Shown piece after piece: positions 41,378 through 54,545 of a stretch of 64,000 nucleotides of DNA. How positions within the stretch are numbered: position 1 is the first letter of the stretch; every line of letters starts with the position of its first letter. The stretch comes from the human T2T-CHM13v2.0 reference genome, Homo sapiens. The notes below the pieces were generated by a model. It was not told the DNA's origin and made no database searches. It saw only the letters and a program-made list of their open reading frames with translations. A program made the translations under genes and the position numbers. The stretch is from the NCBI RefSeq assembly GCF_009914755.1, contig NC_060937.1. One strand, given 5' to 3'.

Positions 41378-43534
41378 CTACTGTATTGCAATCCACCACT
41401 AAACACTGTTTCTGTCTGATTATTTCATGTGATCATCTCTGCTGACCACTTTCTGGTTTATAATACAGTTCTTGGTTTTCTAGTCCAGCTTGGCTCGCTC
41501 ATGCCTCAGATATTGTTTTTAAAGGCAATTGGAGCCTTCTTTGTGAGTTTAATCAAGCTAATTTTTTTTTCTCTCTCTCTCCAGAGTTTGTCATTTTATG
41601 AATTACATATTTAGTTAATTCAACATGAGCTTTGTGGTTGAAAATAAATATACATTTAAAAATTCATTTTATTAGATAGACCTTTGTCTTAATATACCTT
41701 TCTTATTGGAAATTTTGATTTATTATAGAATAAAGATGCTTTCTGTCTTCATGGAATCATCTTGATATTATGAAGTTGGCATATTTTTTGAGGGGATGCT
41801 GTTTTCCTGGGAGAGAGCTCAGATTTCTCTTATGAGCTAAGAGACAAAATTGTTTCCTGTTACCTCAAATGACTAAACTTTGTGGTGATAAAAGATCTCT
41901 ATTTAGGGTTTTACCTAATACCTGTTTACCACAATTAAACTTTATTTTCATTTTTGAATATTAACCTCAAGAGACTAAAAAATAAAACAAACCAACTATA
42001 ACGAAGACTGGAGTTCTGGGATTTGATATATTTTGGGGAACAATTAGGAGGGTTTGAGAGGAAAAAGCAAACAAACAAAACTATAGCCATCAAGGAGAAC
42101 CTATAATTAAGAAAAACTGAAGGCGTGGAGTGTGGACCAGGTTACAGTAAATTCTGAACTAGGCTTTTACTCATGGCAGTGGTTGCCATCATAAAAGTGT
42201 TAAGTCTTTACATTTTTCTTTGACCTCACATTGCCACAGGAGTGTTATTCCAGTTAATTTTGTAAAATTAAATTATATTAGAATATACTCATTTAAAATA
42301 TAAACAAGCATCTCAGGACGTTTTGTGTAGAAAGACAAATTCTTGGTAGATTGCTTGATTGATTAGCTTCCTAAATTACATTTTAAAATCAGTCTTATTT
42401 TCTGCTACATGTATTCGTTACCACTGCAATGATTAAACATAGTCAGGAAAAATTTTGGGATTTCCCAAAATCTTTTGTCAAATTGTCTTTCTTACGGAGG
42501 TAATAAAATTCCTATTCCCTATAAAACTTTATGATAACAGAATTAGGTTCAACATTTATTAGATTGGTAGATTTCTATCAATCTGATACTTATTTATTTA
42601 ATTAATTAGATTAACAACAATAACAGTTATGACAGTCTGGTTTTCTTTAAAATAAATACTATCACATAGAAGATTTAAAGCTCATTCTGGTTAATCACCT
42701 CATTAATCAAATACTTGAAGATGAGAATAGCAAGGCAAAGATTAAACATGGGAATTTCTTTAATGAAATATGAAAATTAATGAATATTGAGGAAAGCTAT
42801 TCTATTTAAATTTCAGCGTGGGTATGATTATTCTTTTTTAATCAGTTGGGTTTATTTTTATTTAGGAATTCCTAGGGAAACTGGTTTATAAAGAAGCAAA
42901 TATACAAGAAGAAAAGGTAGCCAGAGATGCTATCATTCTTATGATGTCCTGTGCCACCCCCTCCTTCATCTTGTTTTCATCTTGGGTTCTGTCCACACGT
43001 GTTCTTTTTTGACCAAATCCACTGTGTGGATCTATCTCCTGGCACATACACTTTAATTACCGGATCTGAGATATGGTGTTGCGGCACCATCAGAGTGCAC
43101 ACAAGGTATGGGATTCAAAAATGGACCAGATTCAGCTATGTTCTGGCAGCTGTATTGAAGAATTTACAGAACCAGAATTAATGTCTAGCTCACTGCAGTA
43201 TTAGAGAAATCCTTTCGCCGCTGGAGTCATCAGTTCTCTCATCTTTATAATGAAATGTTTGAAGTGGTAAAAAGTCATTTCCAGGTGGAATGTTCTTAGT
43301 TTCTAATGTAATGCTTTTATCATCTTGTCCGTGCACACTGGGGTGCATTTCCTTGAATGGAACTGAGAGTGCCAATTTGATTCTATGCTTGAATCTTACC
43401 ACTGAAATTTTCTTTAACCTCAATATAATCCTTTTTTTTTTCTTCAAGGATAAGTAAACTGATGTTTGTCAGACTTAAAGGAGACAATGACCAGGGTAAA
43501 ATGAAACAAAACAGAACAATAAAACAGAGATATG

Positions 43535-43978
43535 TTATATAAGTTATCTACTGGTGTGTAATAAACTACTTCCACATGTGGTGCCTTTTGAAACATCACA
43601 CATTTATTTCCTTCAATACTGCTGGACGGTGGGGTGGATCCTCTATTGGCTTTGCCTGGGCCCCTTCATGCAGCTGCATTCAGCCACAGGGCCAATTAGA
43701 CTGGAAAGTCCTAGAGGCCCCACTCCCATGTCTGGTAGTTGGTGTTGGGTGTTCAGATGAGGCTAAGGCTTTATTGCCTGCAGTGTTAGCACAGAAGGTG
43801 AAGACATAAGCCACAAGTCTTCTTGAAGCTTAGATTCCAGCATTTGCATAGTGTCACTTCTACATTCTATTCATTAAAGCCAGTCAAAGGACAGCCCAAA
43901 TTCAATGTTTGGTGAAGTAGACTCTGCCTCTTGGTGGAAAGAGTGATGAAGAATTTGTGGCCATGCTTAATGTATCAC
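43535..43978 (-). mobile_element. MaLR solo LTR (MLT1H-like)
   Basis: catgcagctgcattcagc, agtgtcacttctacattctatt and terminal gaagaatttgtggccatgcttaatgtatcaca. Confidence 0.75.
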
Positions 43979-44449
43979 ACACAAGCTATCATTTTCTTCC
44001 TGCAAAACTCATGCCACACGATCAGTTAAAACACTTCTCAAGCAAAATTGTTGTGCAGCCTTAGAATCCTTTTAAATACAGTGCTCCAGGCAGCCACCAC
44101 AAATCAGTCAGAACTGCCACAAGAAATGAAATGTTTCTGCCATCTGGACTCTGCAGTGAGTTGTTGGTAGCGCCTGGATGGAAAATTCAGGATTTCTGGC
44201 TCTCAACCCAGCATCTTTTCTGTCCCCATTAGTCTGTCTCCTCACTTCTAGTGAGTTCATTAACATTTATTAGGTTATATTAGAAAAGTAATTTACTTCT
44301 ATAAGTAAAGTTTATAAAAATGTGCATCCTTTTTTGAACAATAACTTCATGTATGTGTGTTTTAGTAGACTAACATAAACCACTGAATAACAAACTCACA
44401 GAAGTGAGACATGAATTAAGAATTACCAATTTGTATACCATCTTATTCA

Positions 44450-45180
44450 ATGCTAAACTTGCATCAGTCCAAGTGATCACATTTGGATGAAAATGGGGTA
44501 CTATTGTCTTGATGTGTCTCTTGATGTGATTCAATGGGAAGTATGCAACTCCCATGTACCATTCTTGCCAAATCTACTCATTAAGGAACCATCAGAGAAG
44601 TACGGAGCATGAGCTATTTCACGAAACAGCTAACCTGAAATATTTAAAAAGTGTCAATTTCATGAAAGACAAGACAAAAGTGAAGGACTGTTCTAGATTA
44701 AAGAAAACTAAAGGGACATAGCAACAAAATGTAATTTTTGATTTTATATTGGATTTTGATTTTTAAAAAGAAAATTTAAATGGGATAATTGGGCACTCTA
44801 CGTTAGATTGTATCAATGTTAAGGTTGCATCAATGTTAAGTTGTATATTATTGTTGTATCACTGTATTGTATCACCAATGTTAAGTTTCTTTATGTGATT
44901 AATAGTTTGGCTGTTATGCAGGAGAATGTCCTTATTTTTGGAGAAACATGATATGTTTAGAAGGAAAAGTCAAGATATTTGCAACTTATTTTCAAATAAT
45001 CAGCAAAAAATGAAGTAATGTGTAGGTATACATATGTATATTTTTTATTTAGAGAGAGAGAGAGAAAAAAGCAAATATGGCAAAAATATTAATTGACAAA
45101 TCTAGGTGGTGGGTCACATCTTCCTTGTACTTTTAACTTTCTTGAAGGTTAGAAAATTTTTAGATTGCAAAGTTGGGTAA
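44450..45180 (+). mobile_element. L1MC4/5-like 3'UTR fragment
   Basis: aaaagtgtcaatttcatgaaagaca...ctgttctagattaaag...gagaatgtcctt...aagcaaatatggcaaaa. Confidence 0.7.
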
Positions 45181-45499
45181 AAAAAAACACCAACTCATTG
45201 TATTTTATGGCTGAGACCGTGCCTGACTTTGAGTTATTATGATAAAGTATCCAATGTCAAATATCTGATTAAATTCTAAGGGATTCAATTGCAAAATGCT
45301 GCATTTCTAAAAAGGCACATTTTCTTTACTTACAGACTTACACAAGGAGAAAAATCTCAAGTACAGGCAGTTGTTTGAATATGGTAATTGATAGAAAAGT
45401 TGACCAAGTAGAAAACTGTAATATGTCATAATAAAAGATGTTGAGATATGCCTGTATGTTATGTGGCATTATGGTTCACAGAGTTATATATTATGCCAG

Positions 45500-45650
45500 A
45501 AGCCTTGGATGACAAGGGTTCCATCTCATTCTGCTCAGATTCTGTGGGTAACTTTGAGCAAGTCATTTTAATTTGTGCAAAATGTGGTCCTTTTAAAATG
45601 GAGAAGCTAATTCTGGTTTATATCATATGGCTGTGTAAAGATTAATTTCC
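45500..45650 (+). mobile_element. MIR fragment
   Basis: ctgtgggtaactttgagcaagtcatttt...taaaatggaga. Confidence 0.55.
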
Positions 45651-47454
45651 TAACTGCAAAGGGTGGTAAACAACTTTTCCCATTTAAATATTCAGTCTTG
45701 GAAACACATGGAGGATTGTTGTGTTGAGGAGCTCAGATAATGCTCACTATTTCTGTGCCTTTATAGAGATTTTTCTTACAGGATTATGTGCAAGGTTTTA
45801 TCCTTTTTTCATAAGCTACAATACTAAGAGAAATCTACCAGTTTTAAAAAAATCTATTTTCCTCCAAGACTCTTAATTTCATTCTGGAAATAAGATTGGA
45901 TTTGGGACAGGAGGCCTTGGTAGAAAAATGTACCCCTAACAATGTCATCTATGAAAAACTGTGCCAACTCTCACCTCTGGAAGAGTGAGTGGTTGAGAGC
46001 ATGTGAAATAACTCAATAGCCATTTCAAACTATGTTTAATCATTTATAAAAATACAGATCTTTATAGAGAAGGCTGAGTCTTCTGTGGACTAGAATAGAA
46101 GAGGTGAGACATGATCTGGGTGTAACAGGATGGGTACAGCACTGGGTAGATGGAGGAGACATGAGAAAAAGAAGTCCCATGTGGGTGTTCATTAGGTGCA
46201 TAGACTTATGCAGGAGCAAGTCTTGTGTGCTGACACTAAGGAGATGTAACTGGAGTCCTGTCTGACTGTTGAAGCAAACTGAGCAATATTATTGGATAGG
46301 TGCAATGAAAGCAGTGCAAAACTGATTTTGAGTTAATGTCTGGTGAGCAACAGGGAAGAACCAGTGGTGGCTGAATAGGAAATTGACAGTAGCATGATTA
46401 AATTGGAAACTAAGTAATGCATGACAAAATTATGCAGGCAAAGACCAGCACAGAACTTTCCCTTAGGAATCTTGGATAGAATGAGTACTCAGGTCTGAAA
46501 AACTGGCTCTGGCAAAGCACTGCTAGGGAGTGTAAGAGAGGGAGTAAGTTATTATGGAGGTAGTAGGTAAGGAGGGCTGTGGTTGATTAGTGATGTCTGC
46601 CTAGTGCAGGGATGGGGCCATATAATCCTGGATGTCACATACAGTATTTGCCATTCCTGAATGAGAGGAAAGAAGTAAACCAAAAATCCCAGCCTATGCA
46701 ATGAAAAAAATAATTGAAAACTAGTTTGGGAGAAAGTTGATGATGGAGTTTTACTTATACTTCAATCTGAGGACAGTACAGTAAGTACATTTGGGAACAT
46801 TGTCACTTATAATTGAAGTGAGCTTACTAGTTAGAGAGTTCGTCAGACTGGAGGGAAGTAAAACTTCTATAAGGGTCAAATGAATAAACAAATTTGCTTT
46901 ATCAAGCTGCTTATTTATACATCCATGTGTTTTCTTATGATGAGTCAGTCCCATGCACCCTAGTGTAATCTAGTTGCCATTTGCGGTATATAGTTGTCAC
47001 GTATTACTGCCAGCCAGCTGGTAGCTGCATTGCCCTACTCATTAGTGATTAAGATGGACAAAAGTATATAACATTCTTATTTAATCCACAGTGATTTTTA
47101 AGTAACTATAAACAAGAGTTCTTGAAACTTGAAACAGAAAGAAAATAGTACTTACTTTTGATATGTCACACTTGCAACTTGTGCCTGGAATTGAGTTCAT
47201 CTTCCATCTTTAGCTAACGTGGTCTGTGGCCAGAGCCACACTTCCTCGCTCTTGGACTTGATTCCCATAACTGAAAAAGGGAAGGTGTTGCCTCAACTAG
47301 GGATGGCAAGTGTGTACTGCTTCTCTTTCATCTTGCATCTGTGATAAATGAAGAACTCTTCCCCTCTTAGCACTTGACACCAATTGCCTTGTGGCCTGGA
47401 ACCTTTTGTTGTTCATACTTCAGCAAATCTCAAAAGAAGAAAATAATATTAACA

Positions 47455-47530
47455 AGAATAGCTATGGCTAACATTTGTTGAGCTTTTTCTGTGTGTCAGG
47501 CTTTATGCTAAGCACCTTATGTGTGATACT
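47455..47530 (-). mobile_element. MIR 3' fragment
   Basis: gctaacatttgttgagc...tgtgtcaggctttatgctaagcacc. Confidence 0.6.
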
Positions 47531-49502
47531 TTAAGCTCTATGTAATTGTAAACGTTTTCAATTAAGGGGCGGGAATAATCAAAGGAGGATAGATTTTCAC
47601 GTTCAAACTGTGAGATGGGGCATTGAAATTAATTGAAATAAATTAAGGAAATGGCCAGAAGTGTAAAAGAAAACAAAATAAGAGTCATTTGTTCATTTCC
47701 AAGACCTAGCCTATACCTAGTTTGGTAGAACATCACCAATTCCTTTTTGATTGGGTAAATTAAGGGTGAAGAAACTTGCTGTATTAGGTTCTTCCCCTGG
47801 AGACTGGCCTACATCCAAAGCTGGCTTCTGTTTCTTGATATTCAAGCTGGGGCTGAAAGATTAATCCAAGATTGAGTCCAGCTCAGGGATTCAACCTCTT
47901 TCAGTACTATTGGATTTAATATCTGCTGACCTGTTAATCATTTTATTCTATAGTTATTCACTTGCTTCTCTCAGATAGGAATCTTTTAATTCCTAAAACA
48001 TGGCCCAATTGATTATTCATAGGTTGCATTTTTTCCAATACAAAACCTTTAGCTACAAACCATACTTCTTTCAACTGTTAAATAAAAAGATGTTTCAGAA
48101 AGCACTTTCTATCAGTATTCATTTATCATTATTTAACAATAAAGCTTAACTAGGCCTTGAGTATATATCAAGTTGAAGAGCAGCTGGTAAAGCTATGATC
48201 ACTTAGTGGCATGCTCACGGGTACTAACAGGGATATTATGCCTGCATTAGGACTATACCCTGCCTGAAAGAATATAGGTCAGTTATTTAAATGATTTACA
48301 CAGAGTTTGTCCCTTTAATACCTTGCAAAGAGTCAGGCAGAGATAGTATTAGTGAGTTCTGGCAGATGGGATACAAATTTATTACGACAAGTCAATTTTC
48401 TTTTTCGTTTCTAAGACTACTATATAATAAATGGGCCTCCACAGTATATTAAATTAACGGACTTTATTTTTCATGTGAAAGAAGAAGAAAAATCTTATGA
48501 AGTGTTACCCTAGAATTCCAGGATAGTCTTTGAGTTTCTGGCTCATAATGTAGCTTCTGAAAAGCAATTATAACTTTCATCTTAAACTTCTTTCAATGAC
48601 AAGTCTCGCTAGAGGGACTGTCACTGGAGTCTTTCTTTAGAGAATGTCTTTTCTTCTCAGGGGAAATGATACTCAGCAGCATTCAAAACAGTTCTAGGCA
48701 AAATTCAGCTATGGAAATTTTATCCAGCCCCGACTTGCAATGATTGCATCCATATATGTCAATGACATTCCCTTCCATTGAGCCTTCCCCTACTTCTTGT
48801 GTTTCCCACATTACATAAACACAAATACATTTTGCTATTATCCATCTCATGACTGTTGATACCCAGATATAGAGAGATTACATTTTTAGTTAAGATATTT
48901 CCTCGAAGGCTGGTCGAGTCCAAAACTGGCTTCCCATTTCTTGATAGTCAAGTTGAAGCACAGAGATTAATCCATCTGCTAATATGGCCCTACTTGTGTT
49001 GGAGTCTTCGTCAACAGACACCATACCTGCTGTGTCTGTTCATGACCTGCTTGCCTCATCATAGCCCACACTGTCAAGCCAATGTGCCACACAGTGTAGT
49101 CACAAGGATTGCTGTGACAGTGTCTGTTCACCTCCATTTATTCCCAGCAACCAAGGCAGACCCTTGGGCTGTACTTTGTGTCAGTCTGATTATCTTAGTG
49201 GCTACAGACGTGGAGCAGAGAGTGAAATTTTTCAAATGTTGATTGAGAAAGAACCACTTAGTGCAGTCAGACATAAGTGCGCAGATAAGAAATTCCCAGA
49301 CAGTGGGAGCACAGCACATTCTGTGGTTATTACTATTATTCTCTAATCAGTATGATTCTCTGGGCACACTTATAGAAGTTCATTCTTTAGTGGAATTTCA
49401 AGAAGAAAAATATTTTAAAAAGACAACAGCTCTATCTTCTCTGTATAAAGAAAATTCATTGACAAAGGTTCTATACACCAATGTTACTGAAAAGCCATTA
49501 TA

Positions 49503-49821
<319 letters not shown>

Positions 49822-50160
49822 AGCCATTATATTCTCTCCATTATTCAAACATGACCCTACTGAAACGTATCTGCATCAACACCACTTTAATACCGTGATA
49901 ACATTCCTTATATGAGAGTGAAGATATAAATAATAAGTGGAGAGGACTCTACTTTTAGAAGGGAAATGGGTGACTAGTGTTAGCTTTATTGTACATATAA
50001 TGCTCCATTGACATATGTCAACCAACTCCATTTTCAGTGCCCAATTGAAAGTTGTATAGCCACCACCTTTTCAAGACAATAGTATTAATAAATTCCAGTA
50101 TGGTTTACTAACTGCCAAAGGTACCATTTAATACATCTTTCATTAAAAAATGTCAGGCCA

Positions 50161-50461
50161 AGCCGGGCACAGTGAATCATGCCTGTAATCCCAGCACTTT
50201 GAGAGGCCGAGGCAGGTGGATCACCTGAGGTCAGGGGTTCGAGACCAGCCTGGCCAATATGGTGAAACCCCTGTCTCTACTAAAAATTCAAAAATTAGCT
50301 GGGCATGGTGGCACATGCCTGTAGCCCCAGCTACTTGGGAGGCTGAAGCAGGAATATTGCTTGAACCCAGGTAGTGAAAGTTGCAGTGGGCAGAGATTGC
50401 ACTACGTCACTCCAACCTGGGTGACAGAGTGAGACTCCATCTCAAAAACAAACAAACAAAT
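50161..50461 (+). mobile_element. AluS (Sx-like)
   Basis: ggatcacctgaggtcagg; (CAAA)n tail; TSD ending caggcca on both sides. Confidence 0.93.
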
Positions 50462-52099
50462 AAATCCAGGCCATTAATTGTTTTATTTCTGGATCATCAA
50501 ATAGAAATATATCTACCCAGAAGAAGAAACATGTTTTCCAAACAAAATCAAGCATTATGTGTAAAATCAAGCATGACCCTGCAGGAAGGTCTGGCCAGCA
50601 CAGTGGCAGCACCAGTCAGGCTCTTTAATTATTTACTTGTGTGTGAATCCTAGTGCCACTTTTTACCCCCTCCCACAGACCTGCAATGATTAACAAACTG
50701 TGATGATTAGAAAATAAATGACAGGTCCTTCCATAAATTATATCTGGAAACCTGCCTAGATTCTTTGTATAAGAAACACAAATTTAATTTCTATCTTCAT
50801 ACAAGCATAGAATTTACTTGGGTGAGGACTAATGGTAGATGTTGTTTATAAAGACAGAGAAAAGAAAATGTGATTATCAGTGATAAAAATAAATCCATGT
50901 TGTGTTGGTCTGAGTTTATTTAGGAAAAAATATTTACATAGAAAACCATTAGTGTTGATTTGTTCAGACAGCAGTATGAGAGAAAACGTGTTTCTCTTTA
51001 CACTTATGGTGTCTCTAGCAGATGGTAAACTCCAAATAGTTATTTCACATTACGAAGAAATGTTTAATGAGTATCTGATAGGAGTGATTATTGCAGGGTT
51101 TAATAATCAATATCGCTGCAACTGAGTCTATTTAAAAATCTATTTACATGACTGTGTATAACCCTCTGAGTGAACCAATTTCACTAGCATTTTTGACTAC
51201 CTACTACATGATATGAACTATATAACTGCGTGTGAGATTGCAGATCTACTGGATATATAAACTTAGGCCTGTCATAAACATAAGTGGACCCTTATTTAAC
51301 TTTCATCTGTCAATTCTTTTTTAAAATAGTGTTGTATTTTGTTCTTTTTTTTTTTTTCCGGAAGAGATGAGTATAAAGTTGAGAAGTTGGTGGATTTTTT
51401 GCTATTATTCAGTAATGCAATCATATGATATATTTGGAGAAATGCTATGATCCTGATAGTATTATGGAAGGATGCATGATGCTTTCACCTATTTTCAAGG
51501 ATGTAGATTATAAATAAATTGATGGTGTATCTCCTTAGAATCTTCTTCATTCTAATTTTTCCCTTTAACTCATTCCTTGAAATTTTTCAAAATAAGTGTT
51601 TAAAATGATAAAGAATACACACTCAGGAATAATTCTGCACTTAAAAGGGGGAAAATGCCCCTTGGCATATTCTTCAAAATACCTATAGTAAAAATCAAGT
51701 TAGTTTAGGTTTCATTCTTATAAAATGTGTTTCCTTTCACTTAACTTTCTTGTGACACAATTGCTGAAAATATACTGATGTTGGCAACTTCCCACCAAAA
51801 AGAATAAACCTCCTTTCTGTCACCCACTTGCACTAAAAATTAAAAGATGAACAGGGACCACATATTTGCCTATGCTAATTATAAACCATTCCAACCTGGA
51901 GGGTGGGAAGGAATCTTAACTAGCGACCTTTGAGTGGTTGCTTGGTTCATGTAACCATGTCAACTAGGTACTTCTGCTTTGTTCATGTACTTTGTGTTTT
52001 TCAGTCGAGGTGGTCCACTCACATTGCTTCTCAATTTCCCTAACCCATTCACCCTCCCCTAACAGCTAAGATGCTTCATTCTCCATCAATTCTACACAG

Positions 52100-52375
52100 T
52101 TTTTCCTACTAAGGGAGAATTCTTTTTGCCCTTTTCTGTGCTCATATAGTGCTTTTGTAGCATGCACTATTATCACTGGCTACTTTTCATTGTAAATGTT
52201 TGTTTTGCTTTCTTACTCCGGGACTGCAAAATTGCACAAATTCAGCAATACGATCGTCTGTTTCTTGGAACTCTGAGGATGAGGACTGTTACTCATCTTT
52301 ATATATCCAGAATTTAGAACAGTGATTGGCACACTGTGGGTGTTGAGGAAATGTTTCACAAATGAATAAATAGCG
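52100..52375 (+). mobile_element. L2 3' end
   Basis: tgaggatgaggactgtt...agaacagtgattggcacactgtgggtgtt...aatgaataaat. Confidence 0.6.
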
Positions 52376-52841
52376 AGTAGTCTGAAGTAGCCAGAAGTAT
52401 TTTAGGAAGAGACTTCTGGTGGGAATGAGTATGTGTGGTGCCTGGGCAGAGGAAGAGACCACGGACAGCAGTTTGGATAGGCGATTACTGTAAAAGATAA
52501 TGAAGGGTTTGCCAAAGTGGTGATGATGGGAATGGAGAGGTGGAGGCAGATGCAGGAGATATTTATTTCCTAGGCTTTTTCTTAAAGCTCTTTTCCCCTC
52601 CCTCTTAATGTTATGATTTGCTTAGGTGAACTAAACTTAGTCCCACTTTTTGGCCTGTTTTAATGCACCTATTTTGAATAACAAATGATGACAATGAACA
52701 AAAGAACACAAGGTTGAAGTAGAAAATTTAAATGTTTTAGCAAGAAAACAAAAACAAAAACCACCAATCATCTCATTTGTGATAAACAAACACCGTTAAC
52801 ATTTGGTTGATAGCCTCCGAGGCTTTTTATTGGTAAGAATT

Positions 52842-53055
52842 TGGAGACAATCTGGTAGAATGGTTACCATGACAGACTCAACTGCATTCAAATTCTGGCT
52901 CTGATATCTGCTGTGAAATATTTGGCAAAACGTGCTCTATTTCTCTCATGTGTACAGTGGGGATTATAATGATTGTACTTAGTTCATGGGATTGTTCTGA
53001 GGATTGCGGAAGCTGATAAAATTAAAGCACTAAGTTCAGTTCCTGGAACATAGGA
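52842..53055 (+). mobile_element. MIR nested in degenerate L1ME-like sequence (~52.7-53.65 kb, minus)
   Basis: ttcaaattctggctctg...ggggattataat...tcatgggattgttctgaggatt...aaagcactaag; flanks resemble old L1 3' sequence. Confidence 0.65.
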
Positions 53056-54168
53056 CATAAATATATATCCTATTCATATATATATAACAACCATATCAAC
53101 GTATAAATATGGTTTATAAACTAAACTTTCTTCCTTCTTAATGGTATAAATAAGACCTTTCCATATTTATCCATAGCATCCATACTAATGATTGCATAGC
53201 ATTCATTTGTATGACAAACCCTCATTTTCTTAATATTTTTATCGTATTTTATTTTTAGAAATGTATAATTCTCATTTCATAGTTTAATCTTCATGCAAAT
53301 CTAAGACTATTTCTCTATGATTAATTTTCAGAAGATTAGTCACTGGGTTAAATAGTATGAATATTTTTCAGGTGTTTGATACAAATGCCAGACTGCCTTC
53401 GAGAATACCATGCTTTCTAGCACCAATACAGTGTTTGTTGTTGTTGCTGTTTGTTCTGCTTTTTAATCTGGGCCAGTTTAATAGGTGAGAAGAAAGATTC
53501 CTATTTTAATTTACATTTATTTGAGTACTGGAAGATGAGCATCTTTAATTTTTTTAGGTCTTTAGGATTGTTTTGTGAACAGCCTAGCTGTATCTTTTTC
53601 CAACTTTTCTATTGGTACGTGCATCTTTTTTATTGACGTGTTAGAAATGTAATCATTGCTAAATTATTTTTGGAGGGTGATGAAGTTCAAAGGATCTAAA
53701 ATGACTGCCTTATATATTTGATATGTTCAGTTTATCAACATGACATTAACAATCTTTTGTAATTTTTGAATGACAGAAAGGTAGTTTTATGTGGTTTAAC
53801 CTAACAATTTAAGGCTTTGTGAAATTGTCAGGCAATTCATACATTGCCTCAGACTTACACCTTAATTTTGTGATTTGGCTTATGCAACTCTATTAGACTA
53901 TTTTCAATTATATGTTTGCTTGAAAAATTGGTGTTATTGAGCACTTCTAAATCACTGGGTACTGTCTCCTTGCCTCTGTGGACAAAAGATTTGGGATACA
54001 GTTGCCAAAATGTAGGACTAAATTTAATTTTCCAACAACTTGTGAATGGCATTATCCTACTATTGCACTGTAGACTACAAACATTTTAATTTACAGAGCT
54101 GGTAAAGCTTTACTTTGTAAACACTTATGTTGTCTAAGGAACTTTAATACATTATCACATTTGATTCT

Positions 54169-54545
54169 TCTTTAATGTAATTTTTGATTTTCGATTTTTG
54201 TGAATACACAGTAGGTATATATATTTATGGGGTATATGAGATGTTTTGATACAGGCATGCAATGTGAAATAGTCACATCATGAAGAAGAGAGTATCCACC
54301 CCCTCAAGCCTTGATCATTTGTGTTAGCAATAATCCAAATATACTCTTTCAGTTATTTTAAAATGTGCAATTAAATTATTATTGGCTACAGTGACCTGGT
54401 TGTGCTAGCAAATTGTAGGTCTTATACATTCTTCGAAACTATTTTTTTGGAACCCATTAACCTTCTCCACCTCCCACATCAACCCTCCACTACCCTTCCC
54501 AGCCTCTGGTAACCATCCTTCTACTCTCTGTGTCCACTGAATTCT
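54169..54545 (-). mobile_element. L1MA2-like 3' end inserted into a MIR (MIR halves ~54100-54157 and 54557-54720)
   Basis: ttttgatacaggcatgcaatgtgaaata...cccttcccagcctctggtaaccatccttctactctc. 11-bp TSD catttgattct at 54158-54168 and 54546-54556. Confidence 0.88.

Noticed and set aside
48908-48925. Y RNA-like start ggctggtcgagt
   Set aside because: Similarity ends after ~12 nt; no complementary 3' stem or U-tail.
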